In this document: piece by piece, positions 1 to 8,907 of the stretch | Position numbering within the stretch: the stretch's first letter is position 1 | How the letters are laid out: the number at the start of each line of letters is the position of its first letter | Sequence record: OQ363659.1 | DNA length: 64,000 nucleotides | Strand: one strand, 5' to 3' | Made by a program: the position numbers and the translations under genes | The notes under the pieces: model-generated | Database searches by the model: none | The model's input: the letters and a program-made list of their open reading frames with translations, nothing else | What the model was told of the DNA's origin: nothing

Positions 1-150
1 GAATTTATTGATGGCGTCATGGATTGCAGCGAAATCGCTAACAGACGCAACGCTTGCCATATAGTTGATGTCAAGCAATTTGGTTAGCTGAACGCCGTCA
101 TTACGGAAATGATCCAGCATGTCGGCGGGTAGTACTAACAGTTTGACCAT
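1..150 (-). CDS. 5' part of a probable virion protein (phiKZ gp119 position), truncated by the window edge
   Basis: ATG at 150 reads MVKLLVLPADMLDHFRNDG... without a stop to position 1; divergent from DnaB as in phiKZ. Confidence 0.55.
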   Translation of the reverse strand, partial: MVKLLVLPADMLDHFRNDGVQLTKLLDINYMASVASVSDFAAIHDAINKF

Positions 151-279
151 TTGGAGGGCACCCCGTTGAATGTTGACATTTCATAGCCTTATACATAGGG
201 ATATGTAATAAACTACCTGTGAAGTTAATACTACATGGCTCATTATTAAAAACATTCACTCTTCAGGAATATCGCTAAA

Positions 280-1812
280 ATGTCATCGCATAAACAACTA
301 TTGGTTAGTTGCATCACTTTGCTCTGCCTGGAGCATCGCGAGGACTCCCCTGCATCGGCATCGACCGAGCTGATTTCTGACGTAATCGACACGATCCAAG
401 TTAAAGAAACTTCGATCGATAGCGACCATGGACGTCAAACCTTTCTCGAACTCCGTCGTCTGGTAGTTGATCTCAACTGCAAGACTCCGACGGAGTTTCC
501 TAGCATTATGCAAGTTTTGCAAAACGTGCAAGTTGCTGCTCGAGAAGAGTCTTACCTATTTGAAGCAGTTGCGACTGCGGTTAACGAAGTATTCCCTAAT
601 GGCTTGTCCATTATGCAACGTATCAACGAGAAGCGTAACGTTCTGCGTGAGCATTTGAACGACACGAAGATCTCATCGATCATGAAAGAATACTCTCACA
701 AGCTTTTGTTCAATCCAGTTGGTTCTACTAATAGCATCAGCTTGATTCGTGAAATGCAAGCTAAGCTCGATCCTTATGTTCAGGCTCGTGCAGAAGCTCG
801 TCACCCAGCAGAGATTGGTACTGTTGACTTCGATGATCCAGAAGTCGTAGCGAAGTACTTCGAAGCTGTTAAAGAAACAATGTCTATTGAAGGCGCATTC
901 AAGACTGGTTGGAAAGGTCTGAACCGAATGCTCGGTAAGCTGGGTGCACTGCGTCGAGGTGAGTTCATCCTCGGTGGTGGCTTACAGCACAACTTCAAAA
1001 CTGGTTTTGCTCTAACTGTGTTTGCTCACATCTGTTTGTTCAACAAGCCATTCATGCGTGATAAGAACAAGAAGCCTCTGTGCTTGTTCGTTACGCTTGA
1101 GAACGAACTGTCTGACAACTTGCTGATTCTGTACAAGTACCTCTGGGAAAACGAAACAGGTGAAGCTGTAGATGAAACGCTGATCGATCCTGTTGCAGCA
1201 ACGCAATACATTTCTGCTCGTTTGCAGGAATCTGGTTTCAAAGTTCTGATTACTCGTTTTGACCCGACTGAATTCACTATCTCTGGTTTCACTAACTGGC
1301 TGGATAGTCTGCAAGCTCAAGGTTACGAGATTCAGTATCTGTGTGTTGACTACTTAAACATGCTACCGAAGACTGGTCTGGATGCTAAAGTGGCTGGTGA
1401 TGACATTCGACTGCTGTTCCGTCGTATGCGTAACTACACTACACCACGTGGCATTACCTTCTTCTCTCCACATCAGCTTTCTTCTGACGCTCTGCAACTG
1501 ATGCGTGAGAACACCGAAGACTTCGTTAAGATTGTAGCTAACCGTGGTTACTACGATGGTTGCCGTCGTCTGGGTCAAGAACCTGACTTGGAACTGATCT
1601 TTCACATTGTGAAAGTAGCAGGCAAGTCTTACTTCACTATTCAACGTGGTAAACACCGGAACACAGTAACGCCAGAAGCTGACCAATACTGTGTACTTCC
1701 ATTTGCACCTGTGGGTACGATTCCATGGGACATCGACAAAGAAGTGGACTTCAGTCTGCGTCAGCTGCCAGGCATGTCTGGTGAAGCTGGTGATGAGGCT
1801 TGGTCTATTTAA
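280..1812 (+). CDS. dnaB: DnaB-like replicative helicase (phiKZ gp118-like)
   Basis: Variant Walker A GLQHNFKT, Walker B CVDYL, SPHQLS motif and QRGKHR arginine-finger region; 510 aa. Confidence 0.9.
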   Translation: MSSHKQLLVSCITLLCLEHREDSPASASTELISDVIDTIQVKETSIDSDHGRQTFLELRRLVVDLNCKTPTEFPSIMQVLQNVQVAAREESYLFEAVATAVNEVFPNGLSIMQRINEKRNVLREHLNDTKISSIMKEYSHKLLFNPVGSTNSISLIREMQAKLDPYVQARAEARHPAEIGTVDFDDPEVVAKYFEAVKETMSIEGAFKTGWKGLNRMLGKLGALRRGEFILGGGLQHNFKTGFALTVFAHICLFNKPFMRDKNKKPLCLFVTLENELSDNLLILYKYLWENETGEAVDETLIDPVAATQYISARLQESGFKVLITRFDPTEFTISGFTNWLDSLQAQGYEIQYLCVDYLNMLPKTGLDAKVAGDDIRLLFRRMRNYTTPRGITFFSPHQLSSDALQLMRENTEDFVKIVANRGYYDGCRRLGQEPDLELIFHIVKVAGKSYFTIQRGKHRNTVTPEADQYCVLPFAPVGTIPWDIDKEVDFSLRQLPGMSGEAGDEAWSI

Positions 1813-1836
1813 AGAACCTTGGTGGTGGTTGCAGGA

Positions 1837-2274
1837 ATGGTTCTCCCTTCGGGGAGAATTTATTCCGCTACTGAATTCCTGGAGTACGGAATGACAGATT
1901 TAGAATACTTGATCGATGCGATCAAGGAGAAAGTGCAGTACCACTCCATAGTTGGCGTTGGTCTGCGGTTACAAGTGTTGGTAGCTGCTCAAAATGAGAA
2001 AGCTGTCTATAAAGCTGTAGGTGAGATTGTTCACACGATCCTACGTGGTACAGGGTGGGAGAACAAAGACCTCTCAGAATCGGAGCTAGAGCTTCGTACG
2101 ACCCATTTACTGAAGGATCTCTTCTACAGTAAGCGTATCGTGCTGGAAGTGAAGGTTAAAGAGTGGCCAGAGACTGTAGGTAACCATCTCCAGTTCTGTT
2201 GTGGGAGTTGGGATCACATCATCTACGACAAGACTGTCTGCGAAAGATACCTCGCTTACCTCGAGCGAAACTAA
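1837..2274 (+). CDS. hypothetical protein
   Basis: ORF directly after dnaB ending at a terminator; ATG 1837 preferred over TTG 1819. Confidence 0.7.
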   Translation: MVLPSGRIYSATEFLEYGMTDLEYLIDAIKEKVQYHSIVGVGLRLQVLVAAQNEKAVYKAVGEIVHTILRGTGWENKDLSESELELRTTHLLKDLFYSKRIVLEVKVKEWPETVGNHLQFCCGSWDHIIYDKTVCERYLAYLERN

Positions 2275-2286
2275 AAAAAAATACAA

Positions 2287-2316
2287 CATAAGGCTACCCC
2301 GAAGGGTAGCCTTATG
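2287..2316. terminator. bidirectional hairpin terminator
   Basis: 13-bp perfect stem CATAAGGCTACCC-CGAA-GGGTAGCCTTATG between convergent genes; U-tract on the minus strand. Confidence 0.85.
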
Positions 2317-2321
2317 CCGTG

Positions 2322-2564
2322 TCATGGTAATGGTTCAGTTAGTTCTTTCAAAGCATCGTGTACGTGTATGGGATCGCACATCTCACAGTACACGCCATGA
2401 GCCTCAGTTACCTGGGCAATCATCGTACCATCCTTATTCCAGAAGTATACGACCTTCTCATGAACCGTAACTGTCCAATCAATCAATACGTTTTTGTATA
2501 AAAATGGGTTAGCGTAACGGCGTAACCGTGATGCCATAACCCAGCTTTCTTGATTGATGTCCAT
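2322..2564 (-). CDS. hypothetical protein
   Basis: 80-aa ORF coupled to its upstream neighbour. Confidence 0.65.
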   Translation of the reverse strand: MDINQESWVMASRLRRYANPFLYKNVLIDWTVTVHEKVVYFWNKDGTMIAQVTEAHGVYCEMCDPIHVHDALKELTEPLP

Positions 2565-2974
2565 TACTTGAACAGCCCTGCCTGATAACCCTCGACTACC
2601 AGGCGAGCTTCTTCGAGGCTCATGCCGGAGTAGATCCGCAGTGCACGCACTGCATCGATACTGATCCGGTAGTTCGATTGAGCATCAGCGATCTGACGCC
2701 ATTCTACACCAGGAGCTGGACGCGTGGCTTCCAGGTCGAGGTAGTAGATGATCGCACCGAACTGCTTCGCGGTTGCCAGGGTTTGTTGCTGGGATTCAGC
2801 CAGACGCAGCATCGCTACGTTGAGCGACATACTGGCTTGAGCAGCGAACTGCTCACGCACGGTACGCTGGTCTGGGTTAGCCAGGATAGAACGAACCAGT
2901 TCATCCATGCTGGTTTGGGCGGCGATCATTTCATTGATCAGATCCGCCATCTTGTTTACTTCTGGAATTTCCAT
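2564..2974 (-). CDS. protein with ribosomal L7/L12 C-terminal-like domain
   Basis: C-terminal ISIDAVRALRIYSGMSLEEARLVVE resembles the bL12 CTD pattern K-I-x-A/V-I-K-x-x-R-x-x-T-G-L-G-L-K-E-A-K-x-x-V-E. Confidence 0.55.
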   Translation of the reverse strand: MEIPEVNKMADLINEMIAAQTSMDELVRSILANPDQRTVREQFAAQASMSLNVAMLRLAESQQQTLATAKQFGAIIYYLDLEATRPAPGVEWRQIADAQSNYRISIDAVRALRIYSGMSLEEARLVVEGYQAGLFK

Positions 2975-2988
2975 AGTTCTTTCCTTGA

Positions 2989-3393
2989 TTACGAAATGTT
3001 GCGAACCAGCTCGACGAGCGACGGATCAACTTCCCGGTAGTCAGCTTTGACCTGATCCAGGAGTCGCTGTTGATGCTCGATGGCATTGGCCTGAAGGAAG
3101 TTGTAGACGTCACGCAGCACCAGGTTAACCATGTACTGGTTATCCGAGCGGATCTGAGCGTTGATCAGCCCACTGACCTGATCGGTGTGCATCACCTCGA
3201 AGGTGTGCGTTTTGACCAGGCGCTCTTCAGCGAACACCTGGACATCACGACGACACGTATCGGGGTAGTACCGATGAACAATCCGAATGTTACGACTGCC
3301 ACATTCGATCAGCGAGTAGAACGCATTGATAACCTCCATCGATTGATAGCTGTTGATTATCTTGATGCTTACTTCGTGGTGTTGTGTGTTCAT
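2989..3393 (-). CDS. hypothetical protein
   Basis: 134-aa ORF in a tightly packed minus-strand operon. Confidence 0.7.
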   Translation of the reverse strand: MNTQHHEVSIKIINSYQSMEVINAFYSLIECGSRNIRIVHRYYPDTCRRDVQVFAEERLVKTHTFEVMHTDQVSGLINAQIRSDNQYMVNLVLRDVYNFLQANAIEHQQRLLDQVKADYREVDPSLVELVRNIS

Positions 3394-3417
3394 CAGAACC
3401 TCCTAAAGGCCTTTGGG

Positions 3418-4014
3418 TTATTTGATCCAGTTATAGCTTTCCTTGTGCCCGGTAGCCAGACGACCGATGTCCTTGACTTCACGAGACATGACCACCAGGC
3501 CCATGTCGTAGATGATAGTCGAGTTCGTCGAACGAATAGCCAGAGGTTCAGCCGGGTTGTGGATGAAGCGAGCCGCATCCATTACGTTCGCGGTGACTTT
3601 GGTTTCCCCGGTGCGGAGAGTGATCATCTGGCCGTTGTTCAGAGTGAACTCGATGGAAGCTTCGATTGGCTTCGGGATCTCGAGAGTCACTTCGATCACA
3701 CCACCGTCTACACGGATAACGTTGTAGTGGGTAGCTTCGGCTTGCAGGTCAGGACGATCGGCTTTGTCATAGAACGGGTTGTAGACCAGATGCTGACGAC
3801 CACTGGCGGCGTCTACGCGTGGCATGATGAACTTCTTCGGGATCACCAGGTCATGAACCGGCTTGTCGTAGTTCGGTACGTGTTTGGTGCCACGCGCGTC
3901 ATGTACGATGTCCCAGTGTGAAGGCATACCCGAGAGATGGTAGACAGGCACATTGCCTTGGGCGTCGACCAGTTGGTTGGCCAGGTTCTGTGCTGCGGTC
4001 AGTACGTCTTTCAT
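3418..4014 (-). CDS. hypothetical protein
   Basis: 198-aa ORF with a GGAG RBS upstream. Confidence 0.75.
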   Translation of the reverse strand: MKDVLTAAQNLANQLVDAQGNVPVYHLSGMPSHWDIVHDARGTKHVPNYDKPVHDLVIPKKFIMPRVDAASGRQHLVYNPFYDKADRPDLQAEATHYNVIRVDGGVIEVTLEIPKPIEASIEFTLNNGQMITLRTGETKVTANVMDAARFIHNPAEPLAIRSTNSTIIYDMGLVVMSREVKDIGRLATGHKESYNWIK

Positions 4015-4024
4015 GGGTATCTCC

Positions 4025-4306
4025 TTAATCTGTGGACAGGGTCGAAACGAGAGCAGTGGACGTATAAGCTTGTGGCTTATCGCGCTTGGTGATTACCAGG
4101 TAGGTCTCGTAATCTTCATTGTCGTAATGGCAGCTGCAACCACGGACTTTAGTGCGTTCAACTTCCATGGACAGCTGTTCAAAGCTGATGTCTTCACCGA
4201 AGTGGGCTACGATGCTATCCGCCAGCTCACCGAAAGTGAAAGAGCTCCCGTAATGGTTAAGGTACAGGATCTCGGGGGTGTTCACGGGTTCAGAATAAAT
4301 CGACAT
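4025..4306 (-). CDS. hypothetical protein
   Basis: 93-aa ORF, packed. Confidence 0.65.
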   Translation of the reverse strand: MSIYSEPVNTPEILYLNHYGSSFTFGELADSIVAHFGEDISFEQLSMEVERTKVRGCSCHYDNEDYETYLVITKRDKPQAYTSTALVSTLSTD

Positions 4307-4314
4307 GCTATTCC

Positions 4315-5094
4315 TTACAGTGCATCTTCGCAGAAGCTTCTCATTTCACGCTCGTAATCGAGACGCTGTTGTTCTTTCTCTTCACGCAGCAGTGCAGCTT
4401 TAGGTCGACGAGTGCGTACCAGTACAGCCTTCAGAGCTTTGACCAGACGCTTCTTATTGACCGTGCAGTAACCGAAATAACCGCTGGTAGGGACACGGGT
4501 AAACAAATGCTCCAGCTGCTTGCTTACGGCTGCCACGTAGTCGTAGATGTGACCATCATGGACCAGGTCTTTGAACGCCGGGTGGTTGTACATCACGTAA
4601 GCTACGATCGTGTTGGACATGCCAGCTGCATACAGGTGCGGACGCTTGACGTTAGCAGGCAGTTGCGATTGCTGGAGCAAGTAGTCCATTTTGAAATGGT
4701 GTCCATTACCCAGATTCTCGAAGCGAGTGGTGCCATTACCACGGCTTACTACTTCGAGTACGTAACTGGCGTTGAACGATTCCTTGTGCTGCATACCAAG
4801 GATACTACAAGGCTCGTCGGTCTTGACAACCCACGAATCTACGCCGTTCTGCCAGTGACCAGTAACCACAGCTTCACGAACACCTTCATCTTTCCGATGC
4901 TCGAGTTTGTAACGGACTACAGAACCGACGGGCATGTGCTGGGGTTGCCAGTTCACTTCCCACACGGTTTCATAGACACGTTCAGTTTCTGGGTACTGAC
5001 CCAGATCAACCACGGTGCCGTCGTCACGGGTGAAGGTGCTGTTCAGCATCTTGCCGGTTTCGCGTTCGCCTTTATACTTCTTAACGTATGCCAT
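4315..5094 (-). CDS. hypothetical protein
   Basis: 259-aa ORF with an AAGGA RBS. Confidence 0.75.
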   Translation of the reverse strand: MAYVKKYKGERETGKMLNSTFTRDDGTVVDLGQYPETERVYETVWEVNWQPQHMPVGSVVRYKLEHRKDEGVREAVVTGHWQNGVDSWVVKTDEPCSILGMQHKESFNASYVLEVVSRGNGTTRFENLGNGHHFKMDYLLQQSQLPANVKRPHLYAAGMSNTIVAYVMYNHPAFKDLVHDGHIYDYVAAVSKQLEHLFTRVPTSGYFGYCTVNKKRLVKALKAVLVRTRRPKAALLREEKEQQRLDYEREMRSFCEDAL

Positions 5095-5106
5095 TTTCGA
5101 AATTCC

Positions 5107-5472
5107 TTATCGTACTAGGGTGGCCATGCAGAAATCAGTGGTATGACGACTGATGTGGTAACGTGGGCGGTGGTGTTGCAACCAACGCGCCATGTTCTTC
5201 GAACGTTGCTGACCCATCTCGCAATGGATGAACACGTTCTCTCCGTTCAAACTGTCCAGGAACGCCAATGCTTTTTGGTGATCTTCGCCATTCAAACCGA
5301 ACATCATATCAGTAAGCTCGAGCACTTTCTGTTCGGGTTTGAAGTTCGGACGACTATCGCCATCCGATACGATGCTGATGATGTTCACGCCATCAGCCAG
5401 ATCTTTTACGTAGCCCCTGGGGATGTAGGAGATTCCGTGACGTTTGCGATGTACCTCAATCAGCTTTTGCAT
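5107..5472 (-). CDS. Cys-based (CX5R) tyrosine/dual-specificity phosphatase-like protein
   Basis: VFIHCEMGQQRS matches the HCxxGxxRS P-loop. Confidence 0.75.
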   Translation of the reverse strand: MQKLIEVHRKRHGISYIPRGYVKDLADGVNIISIVSDGDSRPNFKPEQKVLELTDMMFGLNGEDHQKALAFLDSLNGENVFIHCEMGQQRSKNMARWLQHHRPRYHISRHTTDFCMATLVR

Positions 5473-5638
5473 TACTGGAGATTCCGTTTTTCTTAGTTAC
5501 AGGAAGAGTATCGCTATCTTCCAGGATGGTGACACGGTCTTGGCCCATGATCACATGCACAGCTTCTACTAGCCGTGGCTCGAGGTTAATGGGTACGTGA
5601 TATGCGTCAGGTGGTACAACGAACTGTTTACGGCTCAT
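5456..5638 (-). CDS. hypothetical protein
   Basis: 60-aa ORF with overlapping start/stop coupling. Confidence 0.55.
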   Translation of the reverse strand: MSRKQFVVPPDAYHVPINLEPRLVEAVHVIMGQDRVTILEDSDTLPVTKKNGISSNAKAD

Positions 5639-5925
5639 GCTTTCTTGATCTCGTAGCAGGTGTAATGACCACGGTCGTAACCGACATTTACATTACGGAT
5701 AGCCCAACCTGACATATCCAATTGCAGACGGATCTCAGTTTGGGTTGCTTCGTTATGGTCGTGGGGGAAGCTGAAGCGCCAGTAACTTTCATGTTCACCG
5801 CCACAACGCCATGCATTCACCCACTTCTGGTCACCCATGTGCTTGTTGAATTCAGCATGGAACTCTTTGACCTGATCGTCGTTAACTACGTTCAGTGCTT
5901 GTTCAGCAGTGATTAGTACAGACAT
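5635..5925 (-). CDS. hypothetical protein
   Basis: 96-aa ORF with an AAGGA RBS. Confidence 0.65.
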   Translation of the reverse strand: MSVLITAEQALNVVNDDQVKEFHAEFNKHMGDQKWVNAWRCGGEHESYWRFSFPHDHNEATQTEIRLQLDMSGWAIRNVNVGYDRGHYTCYEIKKA

Positions 5926-5933
5926 GTGATTCC

Positions 5934-6386
5934 TTAGTATTCCAGAGTTTCTTGGTAGAGTTTAACCAGACGTTCCATTACTTCGAATGGCTTATCCGCT
6001 GGGAACTTTTCAGTCTGCTTCTGATCGATCCAGCACCAGCTACGGTAGCGCCCGATAGACTCGAAACGGATCTGTAGTTCATCGCCTTCCAGTTCGACGA
6101 CGAAACGGTCAGCGCAATTGCAACGAATGGTGATGCCACGATTGAACATTTCACCAAGCAATGCTGTACGCCACATCTGGCATTCCAGAATATCGGCATA
6201 CTTATCGAAGCTTGCACGCCGCATGTCATCTTGGGTGGTGTAGAGGTTCTCACCATGGTTCTCTACGTACCACGGAGTGTTGAACGACTCCATGTAGATA
6301 CCCCACATGAAGATGTTGTCAGCGAGATCATCTTTCTCTACCAGACGCAGGAAAGCGGGAATAGCATTCAGTGGGATATCGAACAT
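5934..6386 (-). CDS. hypothetical protein
   Basis: 150-aa ORF, coupled. Confidence 0.7.
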   Translation of the reverse strand: MFDIPLNAIPAFLRLVEKDDLADNIFMWGIYMESFNTPWYVENHGENLYTTQDDMRRASFDKYADILECQMWRTALLGEMFNRGITIRCNCADRFVVELEGDELQIRFESIGRYRSWCWIDQKQTEKFPADKPFEVMERLVKLYQETLEY

Positions 6387-6727
6387 TACATTCTCCCTAG
6401 ATAAGTGACGTGGTTACGACGCAGGTGGTCGCGCAGTTGACGATCAGTCATTGCACGAGGGCCAACGCGATCTTGCAGTTCTTCGGTACGATCGAGACGT
6501 GCACGCTTCGCACGAGTCATCTTGAGGTTCAACGAGAATTGTTCACCGCCCTGGAACTTCTCACGGTCATAAGACCAAGCAACCAACGAGTTGAACCCGT
6601 AGTGGTCAACGATACGACGCCCGTTGTGTGCACGACGGATACGCGGAATACCATTATCCTCTTTCTTGTAGAGGCCCTCTTTAGGATCACGGTAGTTGGG
6701 GTGTTTCTTACCAAACTTACGGCACAT
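6386..6727 (-). CDS. basic (Arg/Lys-rich) hypothetical protein
   Basis: 113 aa with many R/K; AAGGA RBS. Confidence 0.65.
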   Translation of the reverse strand: MCRKFGKKHPNYRDPKEGLYKKEDNGIPRIRRAHNGRRIVDHYGFNSLVAWSYDREKFQGGEQFSLNLKMTRAKRARLDRTEELQDRVGPRAMTDRQLRDHLRRNHVTYLGRM

Positions 6728-6736
6728 AGCTTTTCC

Positions 6737-6958
6737 TTAGAACGAGAGGATCTTGATTTGGTTGCGTTCGAACAGATCATTCCGGTTATGGTCATGATCG
6801 ATGTATTCGCCAGAACGCATGTGGCGGTAAACCCAAGAACCCAGGAATGGATTACCTGTAGGTGACACCCCGTATTCCTTTGCAACTACATGCATGTGCT
6901 CCGGAGAGATGTAGATGTTGTCCTGGATGCAATCCATCAATTCGATTTGTTGGGCCAT
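6737..6958 (-). CDS. hypothetical protein
   Basis: 73 aa; GAGGT RBS. Confidence 0.65.
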   Translation of the reverse strand: MAQQIELMDCIQDNIYISPEHMHVVAKEYGVSPTGNPFLGSWVYRHMRSGEYIDHDHNRNDLFERNQIKILSF

Positions 6959-7020
6959 GCTGCTTACCTCTAACGTAATGTAGATCTAAAATAAAATGGA
7001 GCTATTAGACAAATAAAAAA

Positions 7021-7040
7021 CCAGGGCTCGAAAGCCCTGG
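7021..7040 (-). terminator. rho-independent terminator
   Basis: CCAGGGCT-CGAA-AGCCCTGG (UUCG loop on the minus strand) followed by a U-tract. Confidence 0.8.
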
Positions 7041-7048
7041 GTATTACT

Positions 7049-7489
7049 TTACAGGTTGATCAGGGTTTCTAACGTAGTTCGTTCACTACGCAGCAGGCGA
7101 ATCATGTTCCAGTAGAAATTGGAAAGGACAATCCGACGTTCGAAATGTTCCGTGTAGAACGGCGAATTTATTACATCACGGTAATACGGATCATAACTGC
7201 CCAAGTACGACGAAATGAAGCCGGCTGCCGTACTATCGTAATTGAGGCACGACAAGATATGGTTAGTCGTGATGATGTGATCCGCCTTCGAAATCTCTCC
7301 GGCCTTACGTGCAGCATCGAGCGTATGACACATGTAAAGTCCCCGGTAGCGACCACTGACGATCATCTTCTCCAGGGTATTGGCGATACGATTGTTACGA
7401 GCTTGCTCCGCTTGCAGCAGAGCTTCTTCACGAGCGGCTTCGGATTGGAACAATGCGACCAACAGCTTTTTCATTTTGAATCCTTGCAA
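7049..7489 (-). CDS. hypothetical protein, paralog family A
   Basis: Shares EK..I.G.Y..MC and ERRIxLSNxYW motifs with 7532-7960. Confidence 0.7.
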   Translation of the reverse strand: MQGFKMKKLLVALFQSEAAREEALLQAEQARNNRIANTLEKMIVSGRYRGLYMCHTLDAARKAGEISKADHIITTNHILSCLNYDSTAAGFISSYLGSYDPYYRDVINSPFYTEHFERRIVLSNFYWNMIRLLRSERTTLETLINL

Positions 7490-7502
7490 CGAAATAAAAA
7501 AA

Positions 7503-7518
7503 CCTCCCCGAAGGGAGG
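7503..7518 (-). terminator. rho-independent terminator
   Basis: CCTCCC-CGAA-GGGAGG plus a U-tract on the minus strand. Confidence 0.75.
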
Positions 7519-7531
7519 CTGGGGAAATTGA

Positions 7532-7960
7532 TCAGCGGACGCCGTAGTACTCGATCATCTCTTCGCTACCCTGCGCATACTTACGCAGTTCACGAATCCA
7601 ACGCCAGTACCAGTTCGACAGAATGATACGACGTTCGAAGTCGCACTCGAGGCTTGGATCGAGTTCACCTTCTTGCTCGAGCTTGCAGATCAGGAAGTAT
7701 TGTGGGAAAATCTTCTTCATGATCGTTTCAGTTGCGATCTTCCGGTGATGCAACGGCTCATCTTCCAGGCGCAAGACTGCTTCACACATCATCGGACGAG
7801 CATCGTTGTAGGTACCACGAATGATAGCCTTCTCGATCATGTCAGCGGTAATGCGGAACCGTGCTGCTTCATTGAGCATTTCACGATTCTGGATGATGCG
7901 TCTAGCCAGGTAAGATTCTGGTGCTACTGCAACAACCAGGGATTGAATCAGGGAGTGCAT
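7532..7960 (-). CDS. hypothetical protein, paralog family A
   Basis: ERRIILSNWYWRWIRELR versus ERRIVLSNFYWNMIRLLR in 7049-7489. Confidence 0.7.
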   Translation of the reverse strand: MHSLIQSLVVAVAPESYLARRIIQNREMLNEAARFRITADMIEKAIIRGTYNDARPMMCEAVLRLEDEPLHHRKIATETIMKKIFPQYFLICKLEQEGELDPSLECDFERRIILSNWYWRWIRELRKYAQGSEEMIEYYGVR

Positions 7961-8487
7961 TCAGGGTTTTCCTTGAAGTAATCGTTTACAATCTTAGAAG
8001 CGTGTGCATAGAGCTTTGGATCACCTTCAGTTAATACTTCCAGTAACAACCGCTTCTCATGCATGTAAATTTTGGCGAACTTGGCATCATGCTCTTGGAT
8101 GCTACCTGCATTGTCAATCAGGTCACAGAGCTTGATGGTTTTGGCACGTGGTGAAGCTTTAGCTGTGTGAGCCCGATCCAGTGCTTTACGAACATCTCGA
8201 TTCCCATCTTCAGGCTTCGAAACATCGGTAAGCATCTCAACCAGTTCACGTACGTCGGCACCGAACATATCTTCGATGGTATCCAACGTAACTTGAGTGT
8301 CTTCGACTACGTCATGGAGTAGTGCAGCAATCTCCATGTTTTCATCGAAGTTCTCAGCTTGTCTTACCAACCACCGGACATTGTGAGGATGTTCATGATA
8401 GTCGGTTAAGATGTATTTACGCTTCTGCCCAATTGCACTATGAGCAGCTACGCAGAAAGCCTTGGCAAGGTCTACTTTGCTGTACAT
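7948..8487 (-). CDS. RelA/SpoT-type HD hydrolase (small alarmone hydrolase, Mesh1-like)
   Basis: AH..GQKRK, YxxHP, AALLHDVVEDT, LTD and KLCDLIDN motifs; no synthetase domain. Confidence 0.85.
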   Translation of the reverse strand: MYSKVDLAKAFCVAAHSAIGQKRKYILTDYHEHPHNVRWLVRQAENFDENMEIAALLHDVVEDTQVTLDTIEDMFGADVRELVEMLTDVSKPEDGNRDVRKALDRAHTAKASPRAKTIKLCDLIDNAGSIQEHDAKFAKIYMHEKRLLLEVLTEGDPKLYAHASKIVNDYFKENPECTP

Positions 8488-8529
8488 TGAATTCTACTCT
8501 AAGGGATACATACACTATCCCCTAGCGTA

Positions 8530-8898
8530 TTATTTCAACGGTAGGTGGTCCTCACCACGCAGGTACTTGATGTACTCTACGTACCATGCAACGTACACAC
8601 GGTCCTTCACGTATTTACCCTGAAGGCCTTTGTAGAGCAGGAGGCTTTCGAGGAACATGTGGTGGTCCAAGAACTTCATGATGCGGTCTTTTACCAACCA
8701 GTAATGATCCTGTTTGATAGTCCCGTGTTGTGTCGCGATGCGCGCTGCCAAGCACATGTGGCCGGAACACATGGAATCGTCATGGTCATAACGGTAGAAA
8801 CCTTCCGCAATGACCTTTTCGATAGTGTCAGCTACCTTGAGACGATCACGAGCGAATACCGTGAACCACGCCCTTTTTACTTTGGATTTGAACGACAT
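8530..8898 (-). CDS. hypothetical protein, divergent paralog family A
   Basis: VADTIEKVIAEGFY...MC...WYVEYIKYLR. Confidence 0.65.
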   Translation of the reverse strand: MSFKSKVKRAWFTVFARDRLKVADTIEKVIAEGFYRYDHDDSMCSGHMCLAARIATQHGTIKQDHYWLVKDRIMKFLDHHMFLESLLLYKGLQGKYVKDRVYVAWYVEYIKYLRGEDHLPLK

Positions 8899-8907
8899 CT
8901 TTTTTCC

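Noticed and set aside
970-1005. Non-canonical Walker A (NFKT) as a sign of an inactive helicase
   Set aside because: Lys-Thr and the other motifs are intact; as I recall this variant is normal for phiKZ-type DnaB
3070-5118. Plus-strand ORFs 3070-3921 and 4369-5118
   Set aside because: They span several RBS-supported minus-strand genes and have no motifs
6975-6982. TACATTAC, one mismatch from the early promoter core
   Set aside because: Lacks TGATT at the fixed offset and the CGTG element; at most a different promoter class
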